From Amoeboaphelidium protococcarum X5 (lineage: Eukaryota > Fungi > Aphelidiomycota): a stretch of 64,000 nt of DNA. The DNA lies in NCBI GenBank assembly GCA_023515725.1, contig JALDTO010000162.1, positions 286,476 through 350,475 on the forward strand, in the 5' to 3' direction. The notes beneath the pieces are model-generated. The model saw only the letters and a program-made list of their open reading frames with translations. It was not told the DNA's origin and searched no databases. The translations under genes and the position numbers were made by a program. Below, one piece after another: positions 37,179-50,083 of the stretch (position 1 is its first letter; each line of letters begins with the position of its first letter).

Positions 37179-39072
37179 ATGGGTAACGTACTGTCTTGTT
37201 AATGCTGCTCGTCCTGTCGATAAGGTAAACTTGCTGTTATCATTCGCTTAGCATCATCGCTTAATAACTCATATTTGTGTAGATAATCATGGACTATATG
37301 AGCCTTTACTTTAAGAATCAGAGAGGGAGGCTGTTAGCGATTTATTGCAATTTTTGGAAAACCGTGGAGACACTGTGTACTTTGAAGGCGACGCATTGCG
37401 AGCATTGAACACTCTATCATATAGCTAGAATGTTGATCTATAGCGATCGGCTGCTCTAGCATTTGCAGAAATTACGGAGCGTCAAGTTTAAGAGGTTGAC
37501 GCATCGGTGCTTGATCCGCTGCTTCATTTATTACGATCTTCTACTGATGTTGAGGTGCAGAGAGCTGCTTCTGCCGCGCTGGGCAACCTCGCAGTCTCTA
37601 TTAACAATAAAGTCAAGATTGTTCGACTTGGCGGACTGGCGCCTCTGATATCACAAATGACCTCTCCCCATGCCGAGGTTTAATGCAATGCAGTTGGTTG
37701 TATCACTAATTTGGCTACCCATGAAGAGAACAAGTCTGCTATCGCTCGAAGTGGAGCACTTGGACCGCTTGTCAGGCTTACTCGAAATACTCGTGATATC
37801 AGGGTGCTGCGAAATGCTTGTGGCGCTCTGCTTAATATGACACACTCGGAAGAGAACAGACGTGAATTAGTGGATTGTAATGTTGTCCCTGTTCTGGTTC
37901 ACATCCTTCATTCATATACTCTTGCCAAGGGAATCGCGGACGATGATGTTGTCTATTACTGCACCACAGCCATCAGTAATTTGGCGGTGGACGCTAGCAA
38001 TAGGAAGCGATTAGCGGCGGAGAAGAGCCTCGTTGGTTACTTGATCGAGCTTTTGCTTCCCAGCTGTTAGCTCAAGATTCGTTGTTAGTCTGCGTTAGCT
38101 TTGAGAAATCTGGCATCAGACGCATTTTTCCAATTGGAAATCGTATCAAACTAGAATGGCTTGGCGCGATTACTTACTCTACTCACAGAGCAACCATTCG
38201 ACAGTCCACTTGCAGCGTAGCCGGTCATTGCCGCAGTTGCTTGTATACGCAACGTAAGTATTCATCCACTGAATGAGTAGACGATTCTAAAAGCTGGATT
38301 TCTACCATCACTTGTATCGATACTCAACAGTGATAGCCTCAGTGAAGAGTCACGGTGCCATGCTATCTCCACCATAAGGAATTTAGCTGCTGGTCTTGGA
38401 AGCGGCGACAAAACTGACGACATGGACACTATGATTAAAAGTGGGACTATTGAAGTTATCAAGACTTTGATCGAGAGAACCGTATCTGATTTGAACAGTA
38501 ATAGCGATCATCTCTCCGTGAGTTGGATAATAATGTCAGAAATGACTGCTTGTCTTGCTGTGCTGGCTCTGTCTGATCTGTTGAAGCCGTTCATGTTGTA
38601 GTGCGATATACTCCAGACACTATTATCTCTACTGGATGAAAGTTAGCGGTATCTCATACCACCTGAAGTTTAAGGCAATGCGGCTGCTACTATAGGCAAT
38701 CTAGCTACTAAATGTCCGGATCTTACCCATTTTCTTGGAAATGAGAAAGTTTGGAATAAGATCGTGTCCTACATTGAGAGATTTCTAACTGGAGTCGTTG
38801 ATGTTGATGGAGACAGTATGTCGCTATCAAGTGATCTCGGTCAGGCCTATCAACATATCGGTGTATGGACTCTGTTGCAACTGCTGGAAGTTGGGTCATC
38901 TCAGTCTATTGAAACATTTGCGCGCGTCAAGTCGCTCATCAAGTCCAGAGGTCATTTGGTGAAACTGTTGCAAAATATCTCAGCCATCAATAATTCGTCG
39001 AATCAGTCAGAAGAAGAAGTGGTCAACTTGTCACTAAAAGTATTAACGCAACTCAACTCTCAAAAGTCTTGA
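37179..39072 (+). CDS. VAC8: Vacuolar armadillo-repeat protein Vac8; intron 37225-37282
   Basis: MGNVLSCQCC acylation motif, [41 protein letters not shown] repeats. Confidence 0.95.
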
Positions 39073-39184
39073 TTAGTTGTTTACATCATTACATGCATTG
39101 TTTTCAATATAGACGTTAATTTAGTCATTATTTTGATTATCCTTACTACGCTCGCTTATCCTTCCTCTTCTTTCCGGCGCGTCG

Positions 39185-39204
39185 CTCTCTCTCTCTCTCT
39201 CTCT
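39185..39204. repeat. (CT)10 microsatellite upstream of RPL43
   Basis: Read directly from the sequence. Confidence 0.85.
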
Positions 39205-39351
39205 ATTCTCAAGCGCGCGTTTGATCTCCATTTAGCGAGCCTTAACCGACGCGTTTTCGTGATGTCCTTTCGGCAGAGCTTTTTCGCGTGTAATATTGAC
39301 TTAATTACTTTAGTGTTAACTTAGAGGCCAAAATAAATAAATAAAAGGAAA

Positions 39352-39630
39352 ATGGCAAAGAGAACTAAGAAAGTCGGTATTGTGGGTAAGTACGGTACTC
39401 GTTATGGTGCCTCTCTGAGAAAATAGGTGAAGAAGATTGAAATTACTCAGCACGCAACATACACATGTACCTTCTGTGGAAAGGATGCTGTCAAGAGATA
39501 GGCTGTCGGTATTTGGAAGTGTCGCGCATGTAAGAAAGTGCTTGCCGGTGGTGCATGGACTGTTGGAACTACCGCTGCTGCCACTGTCAGATCTACCATC
39601 CGTCGTCTGAGAGAGTTGGCTGAATCGTGA
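39352..39630 (+). CDS. RPL43: 60S ribosomal protein eL43 (L37a), 92 aa
   Basis: [28 protein letters not shown] (Q = TAG 39424-39426), C4 zinc ribbon; missed by the ORF track. Confidence 0.99.
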
Positions 39631-39798
39631 TCTTGTTCGATGGAATAATATATTCATACACTATCTCATCATTATTGTTATTACTATTTCGATTGATGGA
39701 TGCAACATTTTTGTTTCTGGATTATTATTATCATCGGGAGTTGATCACAGTATCAGTTCAGTATTTTCATGAATATATATACGCTCACAAGTGTTACT

Positions 39799-39987
39799 TG
39801 CAACTCAGTGGTGACTTAAACGGTTACTCACGCGTGAGTTGTTAGTGTCAAACGGGGCGGACATTAACAGCGGTCGAGCTGAACTCTCTCACTTGAGATC
39901 GACGTTCGCTCTACTGTTGAACTGAGATGAACTTTAATTTTTGTTTTGACATTTTCGGATTTGTTAAAGCATTTAGTTCATCTTGCA
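39799..39987 (+). ncRNA. Candidate structured non-coding RNA of unknown class
   Basis: Five nested helices identified by eye, G-U pairs favouring the + strand, AATTTTTG Sm-like site, upstream TATATATA. Confidence 0.5.
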
Positions 39988-40160
39988 CATTCCCTTATTA
40001 CTGCTGAAAAGCGTCAACCATCACTTTATAATCCTTCAACCAACTCGCTTCATAAGCAACAAGTCGCGTAAAATATTAGTAACTTAAAATCGAAGAGAAC
40101 AACACAAAATAGTGATAGAATACGGTACATATTTAATGCCAAAAAGAAGATCACTCAAAA

Positions 40161-41588
40161 TCAGTAATATCCCTTCAATTCATCGACTGAGAACCCAGGC
40201 ATTGGAAATTGACGAGAGAACTGCTCAACCTCCTTCTTCAACTGGTCTAATTCAGCACGCACAGCCGGAGTGTTGAGTTGAGCAACGAAATCTTTCAACA
40301 ACTTGCTCTACACACTCTTTTGCACATTCAGAGCGATCTGAACGGCGCGATGCAGCAGCTCTGCCACTTTCACAAATTCTCCCTCTTTGAATGAACGAGA
40401 AGTACATGCAGGAGTACCGACACGAATTCCACCAGGACTCAGTGCACTAACATCACCGTGTACAGTGTTCTTGTTCACAGTGATGTGTACCTCATCACAA
40501 ATCTTCTCAATCTTGCTGCCAGTCAGTCCTTGAGGACGCAAATCCCACAACACAATGTGATTCTCAGTACCATCAGTGACCAGCTTATAGCCGTAAGCCT
40601 TCAGAGCATCCGCCAGAGCTACAGCATTTTTGCGAACTTGAGCAGCATAAGCCTTGAACTCTTCAGAGGCGGCATGCTTCAAAGCAACGGCAATACCAGC
40701 GATGGTGTTATTATGAGCACCACCTTGCAAACCTGGAAACACAGCCTGATTGATACGAGTCTCCCAGTCAGTTGGCTTACCATCACGGCCAATCTTTCTA
40801 AAGAAGATCAGGCCAGCTCTTGGACCACGCAGAGTCTTATGAGTAGTGGTAGTAACAATGTCACAATACTCGAAAGGATTTGCGACTGCACGACCAGCCA
40901 CCAAACCGGAGATGTGAGCCATATCACACATCAACAGCGAATTATTGGCATCTGCAATCTTGCGGAATCTTGGATAATCCAATTCACGAGGATAAGCAGA
41001 GGTACCGCAAACCAAAATCTTTGGACGGAAGAGGGCAGCATTCTTCTCCAACTGATCATAATCAATCCAGCCAGTCTTCATGTCCACCTGGTAAGGCATA
41101 GACTCAAAGAACAGAGAGGTGGCACTAATCTTCTTCTTTGGTGTCTGGTAACCGTGAGTCAAATGGCCACCACTAGGCAAGTCAAGACCCATAATACGTT
41201 CATGCGGCTAGATCAAAGCGGTGTATACAGCCATATTGGCAGGCGAGCCAGAGTATGGCTGCACATTGACGCCCCAGACGGTAGAGTCCAGACCGAAAGC
41301 TTACAATGCACGCTACTGACAAAGCACCTCAACCTTGTCAATGACCTCATTTCCACCGTAGTAGCGAGCATACGGCAAACCTTCCGAGTACTTGTTAGTC
41401 AGACAGGAGCCATTCGCTTCCATAACAGACTGAGAGGTGAAGTTTTCAGAGGCAATAAGCTCCAGACCGCTCCACTGACGTACTTTCTCCTACTGAATTA
41501 GATCGTACATTTCAGGATCATCTTCCTTCAGCGGCTTATTCAAGCAGACATTCCAGGAATCCATCATTGGCGTGGTATTGCTAACCAT
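40161..41588 (-). CDS. SHMT: Serine hydroxymethyltransferase (cytosolic type), 475 aa
   Basis: [34 protein letters not shown] (PLP lysine). Confidence 0.98.
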
Positions 41589-41969
41589 AATTTAGTTTAT
41601 TAATTACAATTGCTTTAAAGCGGTATTAAATTATTAGACTTCTAGTAAGAGTAAAACGTTAAAGAAGAACGAACGCGAACGATGACGCGATTTTGGAGAA
41701 TCTTTTAGGCGACGCGTTCAATGAGGCGTCTTTGCCGCAGTTGATACAGTAAATGGCGATTATATATTCGAAATCTGAAATAAGTCTAATGAGCAAAGAA
41801 TCGCACTAGCGGCTTTATAAGTGGAGTTCATACTATGTGCTCAAATCAAAATGGGGCTCTCGAGTGAACAGGAGTACTATAATTGATCCGTCTAGAGGTG
41901 CGACTAACTGAATGAAGCCAGAAACAGTAAGAGGAAGTATTACAATTTTGAATACAAAAACTTTTAATA

Positions 41970-43484
41970 TCATACCTTTTCTTTTGATGAGAATTCGGAA
42001 AGTAGAGGTGTCTCAGCATCAACAGTACCAGCAATACTTTATTCATCAACTGAGGCTGAAAGTGACATGTTCCTAGTTTCAGTGACGAAGTAGCGCATAT
42101 AGACAAGACCTATAAGGGTGATCAGACTATAAAGCCAGAAAGTGTACATTGCCGGTACTTCTTCCATATATCCACCACCACCATCATTACCATCATCATC
42201 TTTCTTATGTCTTAGATATTTCAATTCAAATGTGTACAAAGCAAGATAAGATTGAGAGACAAGTATGTTACAAATGAGATTAAGCGCAGAGCACAAAGCC
42301 ATTCCCAATGATCTTGTACTATCTGAAAATAGTTCTGATGCCACAATCGGTGGGAGTGGACCGAGAGCCAAAGAGAACGACATTCTAGCAAGTAGAACCA
42401 GACCAAAGCAGAGCCATTTACGCGTATCTGCAGGTAGAACGGCACACGCTCCCACGGCGGCCATTGAGAGAGAGAAGAACAACATAGATAACTGTAAGAC
42501 GGAGTTCCTTTAAAATCTATCCAGTATTTGGGTGAGAACAAAAAGTACCAAGAGCTGAGGAACACCAGAAAGACCACCAGCCAGAAGAGAGTCTCTATCG
42601 GAGAAGCCAACCATTTTGAATATGATACCAGAATAGAAAATCAAAACATTAATTCCACTACACTATTGAAATGCCTAAAGAGCCAGCGCTTAGATTAAAG
42701 CAGATTTTTCTCTGGTAAACAGCAGCGATAATTGTTTAAACTTGTGAATTTAATGCTGCTAATCTTGCTACGATAGAGTATCAGAATTGAGATCATTATC
42801 AGACAGATATTAATGATCTGATTACTCAATCTCTTACTTGATCTAAATCGCCTACTCCGTAAAGCCATTAAGTTAAAGCCATCGAGGAGATTCATACAAC
42901 GCGACGAAGCTGAGCACAAGTGATAGAGAAGGTAAAAGCGCGCCTAACAAAAACATCCAACGCCAACTTTAATTTGCAAACTACGACAGATCGCTATTAC
43001 CAACGCCACGCGGATACAGACTCAATATGAAATATCCCCAAAAGAAGGATACCGCAATGCCAGAGGTGACTGCAAACTGGCGCAAAGTGCCTAAAGATCC
43101 ACGGTGATTGTCGCGACTAATTTCTGCTATATACGCGGGAGTTACAGCAAAACTAGCTCCGGAAAACACACCCAGCAGAGTTCTGTAAATAACAATCGAT
43201 GCATAAGATTATGTCGCCAATGAGAGAAGTAGACCCAGTACGACATTACCCAGTAACATAAGGCGAATCGCTGTGCGAAAACCGTATTTCTGCTGTATCG
43301 GAGGCAGAATGAAACTGCCGAATAGTGATCCAATCAGTATACAACTCACCAGAAATCCTTACTAAGATTTTGACAATGTATCCCTGAGAACGAGCAGAAC
43401 ACTAGATATAATGGCAGTATTAAATCCCAGCTAAAAAGAATTAGTGATCGCTATAAAAATACTGCCTGCATATTTGAACTTCAT
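41970..43484 (-). CDS. MFS sugar-porter family transporter, 504 aa
   Basis: YIAEIS...RGSLG, ESPRWL, QAFQQCSGIN, SELF, ETRNMSL; multiple TM helices. Confidence 0.92.
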
Positions 43485-43722
43485 TTTATTATATTGAGAA
43501 TTGAATAAATCAATTCAGTGTAGGAATTCCTTAACTAACTGACAGACAGATCGAGTAAGTTCCAATTCGGTACGCGATGCAAAAATCTTTTCGACAACGA
43601 TCTTCTTCTATTCATAACGCAAAGTACAGTACTTACCTCCTACAGAATTTACTCTTTGGAGCAATTTATAGCAATAAACAGTATTGCAGATTTAAGTATA
43701 CCATATTTGGTACGGATTTAAT

Positions 43723-46464
43723 ATGGAACAGTTGACGGAAATTAAAGAAAAGTTTAGCTTGTCCGATTAGTTGGTGAAAGAACTGAAAGCTAATCCCACC
43801 ATGGTTGAGAATATGGGCAAGTTGTATGCGATAACTCAGTCTCTGGAAAGTGGTGCTCTCCCATGGTCTAAGGGTAGTTTGATTTATGAGGTTGCACTTG
43901 CTCTGTCGAAAAAGAATTTGCAGTATGACGAAGCTAATGTTAAGTTCATCGTCTCCAATATTGTGAATGATAGTCTCAAAACGCGTGATTAGACTCTGGC
44001 CGCCATTGACTTTGTGGGCAAGAATGCCTCATCATCAACATTATCTGCAGCAGGTGGATAGAACATAGACAAGGAGAAGTTTGATTTTGCCTGTGGAATT
44101 GGCGTTGTAATTGAGTCTTAAGAGATTGATCAGGAAGTAGACAAGTTGGTGCAAAAGTATAAATAACTAATTATCGATACTGGCAAGCGCTCGCTGTCTA
44201 CCATTATCAAAGAGTTGAAGTCTGATGCTAGAATGAAGTGGGCAGATAGTAAGGCGGTGAAGGATCGTGTTGATAGCCAGATTAAGCAGATTATGGACGA
44301 GTAGTCAAAGTCTTAAAGTAGTAAGGATGGAGCTGCTGCTGCAACTAAAACCTCTAATGCCGGTAAAGCATCTACCACCAAGCAACGCGGCCAAGAAGAT
44401 CCAGTCATGGACAGGAAAGCTGCATTGACTAAACATTAGGAGGACATAAAGTCTATTAGAGACTTCTTTTTCACTGGTGACTTGGGTTCTTTGCACAAAC
44501 CTGGTGGAAATCCTTAGATCAAGCCAGAATTAATGCAACAGCATTTGAAGGAGACTGGTGGTATTGTGAAGACTCGATTTCCACCTGAGCCAAATGGTCA
44601 TTTACATATAGGACACGCTAAAGCTATCAACGTCAACTTTGGATACGCTCAAGCTCATTCTGGTACTTGCTATCTCAGATATGACGATACTAATCCTGAG
44701 GCGGAGGAGGGTGTCTACTTTGACTCAATTCTGTCCACTGTTCAGTGGCTGGGATACAAGCCGGACAAGATCACGTACAGCTCTGATTACTTTTAAAAGT
44801 TGTACGAATTAGCCGTTATCATGATCAAGAAGGATAAGGCTTATGCATGCCATTGCTCAGGTGAAGAGATCCACGAGCAGAGAGGTGGAGCGAATAGAGG
44901 ACCCAGATTTGACTGTCCGCATCGTAATCGCCCTATCGAAGAATCCCTGGCTGAGTTCCAGAAGATGAAAGATGGAAAGTACAAGGAGGGTGAGTGTATT
45001 CTGAGAATGAAGATGGATATGCAGAGTGGAAATCCTTAATTTTGGGATCTTGTCGCGTACAGAGTCTTATCCACTCCACACCATCGCACTGGAGCCTAGT
45101 GGCGCATTTATCCAACCTATGATTACACACATTGTCTGGTTGACTCCTTTGAGAATATCACCCATAGTTTGTGTACAGTAGAGTTTATCGCATCTAGAGA
45201 GTCTTACTACTGGCTATGTGACGTGCTTGAAGTGTATAAGCCTGTGCAATGGGAATATGGTCGATTGAATCTGACCAACACCGTTCTGAGTAAGAGAAAG
45301 TTGACGAAACTTGTCCAAGATAAGATTGTCAGTGGATGGGACGATCCGCGTCTGTATACTCTGGTGGCTTTGAAAAGACGTGGATTTCCTCCTCAGGCGA
45401 TTAACTAGTTTGTCAGAGATGTTGGTGTTAGCACTGCGAATTCAACTATCAATGTGAAGCGACTTGAATTCTTTGTTCGTTAGCATATGGATGACAATTG
45501 TCCCCGTCTGATGGCCGTCATGAATCCGCTGATGGTGCACTTGGTGAATGTGAGTGATGACTTTTACCAGGAGTTGACGTTTGATTATATGCCCAAGGCG
45601 AAGGGTGTCGATCTGGGTAGTAGAAAGTTGCCGTTCACCAACACTTTATTCATTGATGCGAATGATTTTGCTGAGGATGAAGACTTTAAAGATGTGTACA
45701 GACTGAGAAAGGGTGGAATCATTGGCTTGCTGAATGTTGAATACCCAATTTTGTGTATCGGTAAGTAGGTGTTTGATTCGGTGACTGATATGGATAACAA
45801 GCCCGTCACAGTGGTCAAGTGTCTGTACCTAGATCCGGAGACTGCTGCGGCTGTCAAGAGTGATCCATCCAAGTTTGGACTTGCCAAGGACTTTAGTCTA
45901 CCTGCCAAGGCGAAGACTTATATCTAGTGGATTGCCTAATCTATGCCAAGCAAGCAGTAGCCAGATAGAATAATCTCTCCTCAATTGGTAGAGTATAGAA
46001 ATTATAATCAGCTGTTTATGCACGAGAATCCGATGGATAAGAGTGAAGTTCCGAATTGGATGGATGACATTAATCCAGAGTCACTGGGGATTGATTAAGG
46101 ATTTGGTGAAGCTTCGCTGGTGTATGCAGGTGATGATACTCGTCCATCTGCCGGCAGTGAGAGCTCTATTCCTCATGGCAAGTGTGTTAACGGTAAGATG
46201 CATCTAGGAATTGAGTCTCGCGTCCAGTTGATGCGCATCGGATTCTTCTGTGTGGACAGTGATAGTAAACCGGTGCAGGGTGTTCATGGTAAGGGAAGAA
46301 GGTTTTAGAAGGTTATCAAGGCTGATAGTAATGGTAGTCGTCATATTGGTGATAACTTGAAGCTGGAGAGTTTGGACTCGGCGCCATTCACCTCTGGATG
46401 GGTGTTCAATCGCACTGTCAATCTCCGCGAGAATACTAAGAAGTAACTAGCTAAAACTAAGTGA
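43723..46464 (+). CDS. GLN4: Glutaminyl-tRNA synthetase, 913 aa
   Basis: [37 protein letters not shown], eukaryotic N-terminal extension, C-terminal VFNRTV. Confidence 0.97.
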
Positions 46465-46563
46465 TAATATTCAGAGATGAGATAATAAGTATTATATATC
46501 ATCTTTGAAGCTGTTAACTGAGTTCCTTTAATAGTTTATGGTGAATATAAAGTCCTATATTTA

Positions 46564-47643
46564 TCATATGGCAACATAGGCCAGTACTCTGCGCGGAGGC
46601 ACGAAACTTTTACGAGAGTGCATAACTAAATGATTGTCAATGAGCAGCACATCTCCCTTCTCCCACTTGAACACCACTTCAATATCACGCATAATCTCCA
46701 ACACTTGTTTAATATCAGATTCACCAACACTCGAACCATCTCCATACTTTATAGCCTCCGTGGGTACATTGCGCGAGTCTTTCCACCCGACATAGGCGGC
46801 CACCATAGAGTTGAAGAATACACCAACATTGGTCGAGTGGTCAGATTAAACATCGACAGGCTTATCATAAAACTTGATCCCATCCAAGACATTGGAAATA
46901 GTTCTCACATTTCCATTAGGTAGCCACTCCAGCTGATAATTAAGTGATCTGGCAACTTGTTCACACTTGGTCATATCCTGCTTCAGTGACTCTTCTGTAT
47001 TACCGGCACTGCCAATTCGTGGAATGGCAAAGGTGGATCTCCAACCACGTCCAATGGCACTGGTGGGATCATCATCCTCTGGCATGACTCTGTAATACCG
47101 CAATCCCTTCTTCTTCAAATTATCTCTAAACGCTTCAGGTAATCTGGAATATAATAGATCAGATCTCAGTATAGGAGTCTCGCCGCCCTCTTTGGCAGCC
47201 ACGTCAGAGTAGAAGAAGATGTACGAAGGATACCTTATAGCCTGTGCCATTTCATGATGATATGGAATAAGTTCTGATGGCGGAGACTCGTTACTAGTGA
47301 ACACGCCTCTGTGGACATTAGTCCTCACAGCCGCCCCACCAACATACGGTAGAGGAGGATACTGAAGACAGTCCATGATCAGATCATTAAACTCCACGGC
47401 GCTCTAAATACACTGGAATCCACGAAACAGCACTGCTCCATGCACATTAACCAGCTTCCGGATATACTGTCTGTGCTTGATTACATACTCTTTAAATTCA
47501 TCCCACTGCTGAAATAGATTAGAATCACTTGGAACCAAGACTAATGGAAACACTTCATTACCGGGAGGTGTCACTTTCTAAAAAGGCAAATCAGTTCTCA
47601 CCAAAATTTTCTGATTCTCAAACTATAAAAGTTCCCCAGTCAT
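46564..47643 (-). CDS. TauD/clavaminate synthase-like Fe(II)/2OG dioxygenase, 359 aa
   Basis: HGAVLFRGF, YVGGAAVR, IPYHHEM, GGETP, WEKGDVLLIDN..VMHSR. Confidence 0.93.
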
Positions 47644-48018
47644 TTGCTTTCTTAATTACTTTCTTAATTTAGGTCTATCAGCTTCAATTCAATCAATGAA
47701 TATTCTAACCAAAACTTGAATGAAGCCACTTCAACGAGAAACTGACGGCCAAAGTACCAGAATTGCCTGAGAACGGAAAAGTTGAGAGAATAATCGAGTT
47801 ATTGTGAGGATTGAGAAGAGACACAAAGAAACGCGTCGCACTCGATAGGGAAATAGTCAGTTCTGAGAGCGTCGCTCATTCTCGCGTTCTCTCATGAGAA
47901 AGCAGAATCCTGACTCGGTAATTATCACTTTGAGTAATCGTCCTAAGCTAGTAAACTTATTCATCATCTGACGTCTTCTGCTTATCCGTATTCCTGAAAT
48001 TGAATCTACGCTCTCATT

Positions 48019-48699
48019 ATGAAATCGAATTCTACTGGTAAAATCCTGCCTGATGGAACTATGATACTCTCTTTATGGAATGAGACGAGTGCGGATAAAC
48101 TGATCGAGTTGCAAGTTCTTGACAAGGATGACTTGTACGTGTTTGAGCTTAGCTTGGATTAAGTGAATAGTTTCAAATAGACAGACATTCTATAGTCTGA
48201 ATATTTAGACTCGATATTCTACGCGCTTGTACCTTATTCTAATGAGAGCAAGCCATAACAAGTTGTATCTTGTGCAATCAATCGGAAGAAGGAGAGCGTG
48301 GAGTTTAAGGTGTTGTCAGAGTCTAAATTGAAAATTGTATTTTTTAGTATCCCACTATAGTCTGGCACTTTAAATCGAGATATCGCAGCCACAGACCCCA
48401 AGAGAATTTAGTTTATGAACACTATAATAAACAAAGTGTAATAGGATCTGAGTATGACTGTTGGATCATCTCAGGAACTGAAACTGATTGAAGACGAAGT
48501 GTAGCAGAGACGCGCGTTTGAATTCGAGCTCATGTCCAAGTGCATGCTACTTATAAATGCTAAAAAGTAGAAAATAAGGGAACTTGAAGATGAACTACGT
48601 TAGCTGAAAGAATAGTCTTCATAATCAGATGATGACAATAATAATCACCGATAGAAAAGATAGAGATAATCGTCAGAGTCATTATCGTCAGAGGCGTGA
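48019..48699 (+). CDS. XRCC4: XRCC4-like NHEJ factor, 226 aa
   Basis: Beta-rich head, then ELMSKCMLLINAKKQKIREL matching the ligase IV-binding coil; missed by the ORF track. Confidence 0.8.
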
Positions 48700-49830
48700 T
48701 CTGGATTTCATGGAAGCAATTGCCAGTATTGTTGTCACTCTCGCCACTTATGCTGCAAGATATGCATCCCTAATATTGATACCCCAATTGTAACTTTAAT
48801 CCCCGCGTCTGCGTCCTATATAATTCTCTTTAATTAGATTTAATTTCTGTAGAATAAAGTTTATGTCTGCACTTAAAAGTCCAGGTGACATCCACGGAGA
48901 TATACAATTCAAACTGCGCAATTTGAGATCTGACGCCTGTTCTTCAGTAAACATTACATCAATCAGATCAGAAGTCATTGATAATGTTAGTCCCCATAAA
49001 ATGTAAGTTTTTTCATCTTAAGATGACTCTTGACTGCGATTTATAAGTACGATCCCAGATTGAGTAAACTTGATTGCAGGAAAGTGGATGTGGCCAGTGA
49101 TAAACGCAGGTAGATATCGAGCATACGCAGTCTTATCCAAAGTTGCAAGTTTTACGCTGTCAATTTATGAATCAGAAGAATCCAAACTTCTTGATCTAAA
49201 TAGCGATTAATTGACTGTGAGTAGTGGGGTGAAATATTTCTGCACATTAACCCAGAACACATCTTGCACCTCAGTCTAAAGAGGTGACACCATCAAATCC
49301 ATATCAGATGAAAGGTAAAGGTACACGAAAGGAGACAGGATCATCATTGCCGCCGTGCTGTACCAGTGAAACACCGGCCGATCATCCAGTCTACCGAGAC
49401 ACAGAAACTTGGCTCGATCACCCAGGCGGATTCCCAACTCTTCAAACGTTTCTCTTCTGACTGTTTCACTCTCCGTCTCGCCGTCTTTCCCGATCCCACC
49501 GACGAATGCAACATGACCTGACCACCTGTCCCTCTACCGCTCCGCCCTTTTGATGTACAGAATGTCCAGTTATCCGCCATCTTCATCTTTCAATTGGTCT
49601 AATATATCGGGGGTATTTATGTATTTCTAGCCAGCTACTGTTTCAAAATTGAAATGTTTATTGTTGTATCGCAGAATGATGGCTACTGAGGCTCGTCGTG
49701 TATGTGGATGATTACTCTTTGTAAACTCATGGTGTTTACTTCCTTACAGATGTCTTATTAGAGTTATAAGTTACTACTCGCTGGAGATTTATGCATTTAT
49801 ATTTAAACTATCATTAGGTTGATTATTCAT
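48688..49830 (-). CDS. Nudix hydrolase, CoA-diphosphatase type, with PTS1 (-SRL), 380 aa
   Basis: RRASVAIIL, IKRA..DRWSGHVAFVGG...RETFEELG Nudix box, LWGLT. Confidence 0.88.
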
Positions 49831-50083
49831 TGCGTTTTCAGATATGCTGAATAACAGGAAACAATTGCAGGGATGTTTTAATCTTAAAATCTCAACTTCA
49901 AACTGGCATGTGCTAATGTAAACAAGTACTTGAACTCGTTCACTTATCATTTTAAATCATTTTAATAATATTATCACAGGTGCATGATATCAAGATAAAA
50001 GTACTCTAAAATCTCGCCAAGTAAATGAAAATTGCAAGTACGTCAGTCGGACTGCACGAGGCGAGTTATACTCTATATATTAA

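Noticed and set aside
40458-41501. 347-aa + strand ORF in the track
   Set aside because: Antisense shadow of SHMT with no recognisable motifs
46219-46257. GlnRS QLMR in place of bacterial/animal QFER as a code adaptation
   Set aside because: As I recall, QxMR is also found in standard-code fungal Gln4, so it is not specific
47730-47910. GAGAA/TTCTC clusters in spacers (also near 60260 and 61615)
   Set aside because: Short, inconsistently oriented and not distinguishable from composition without statistics
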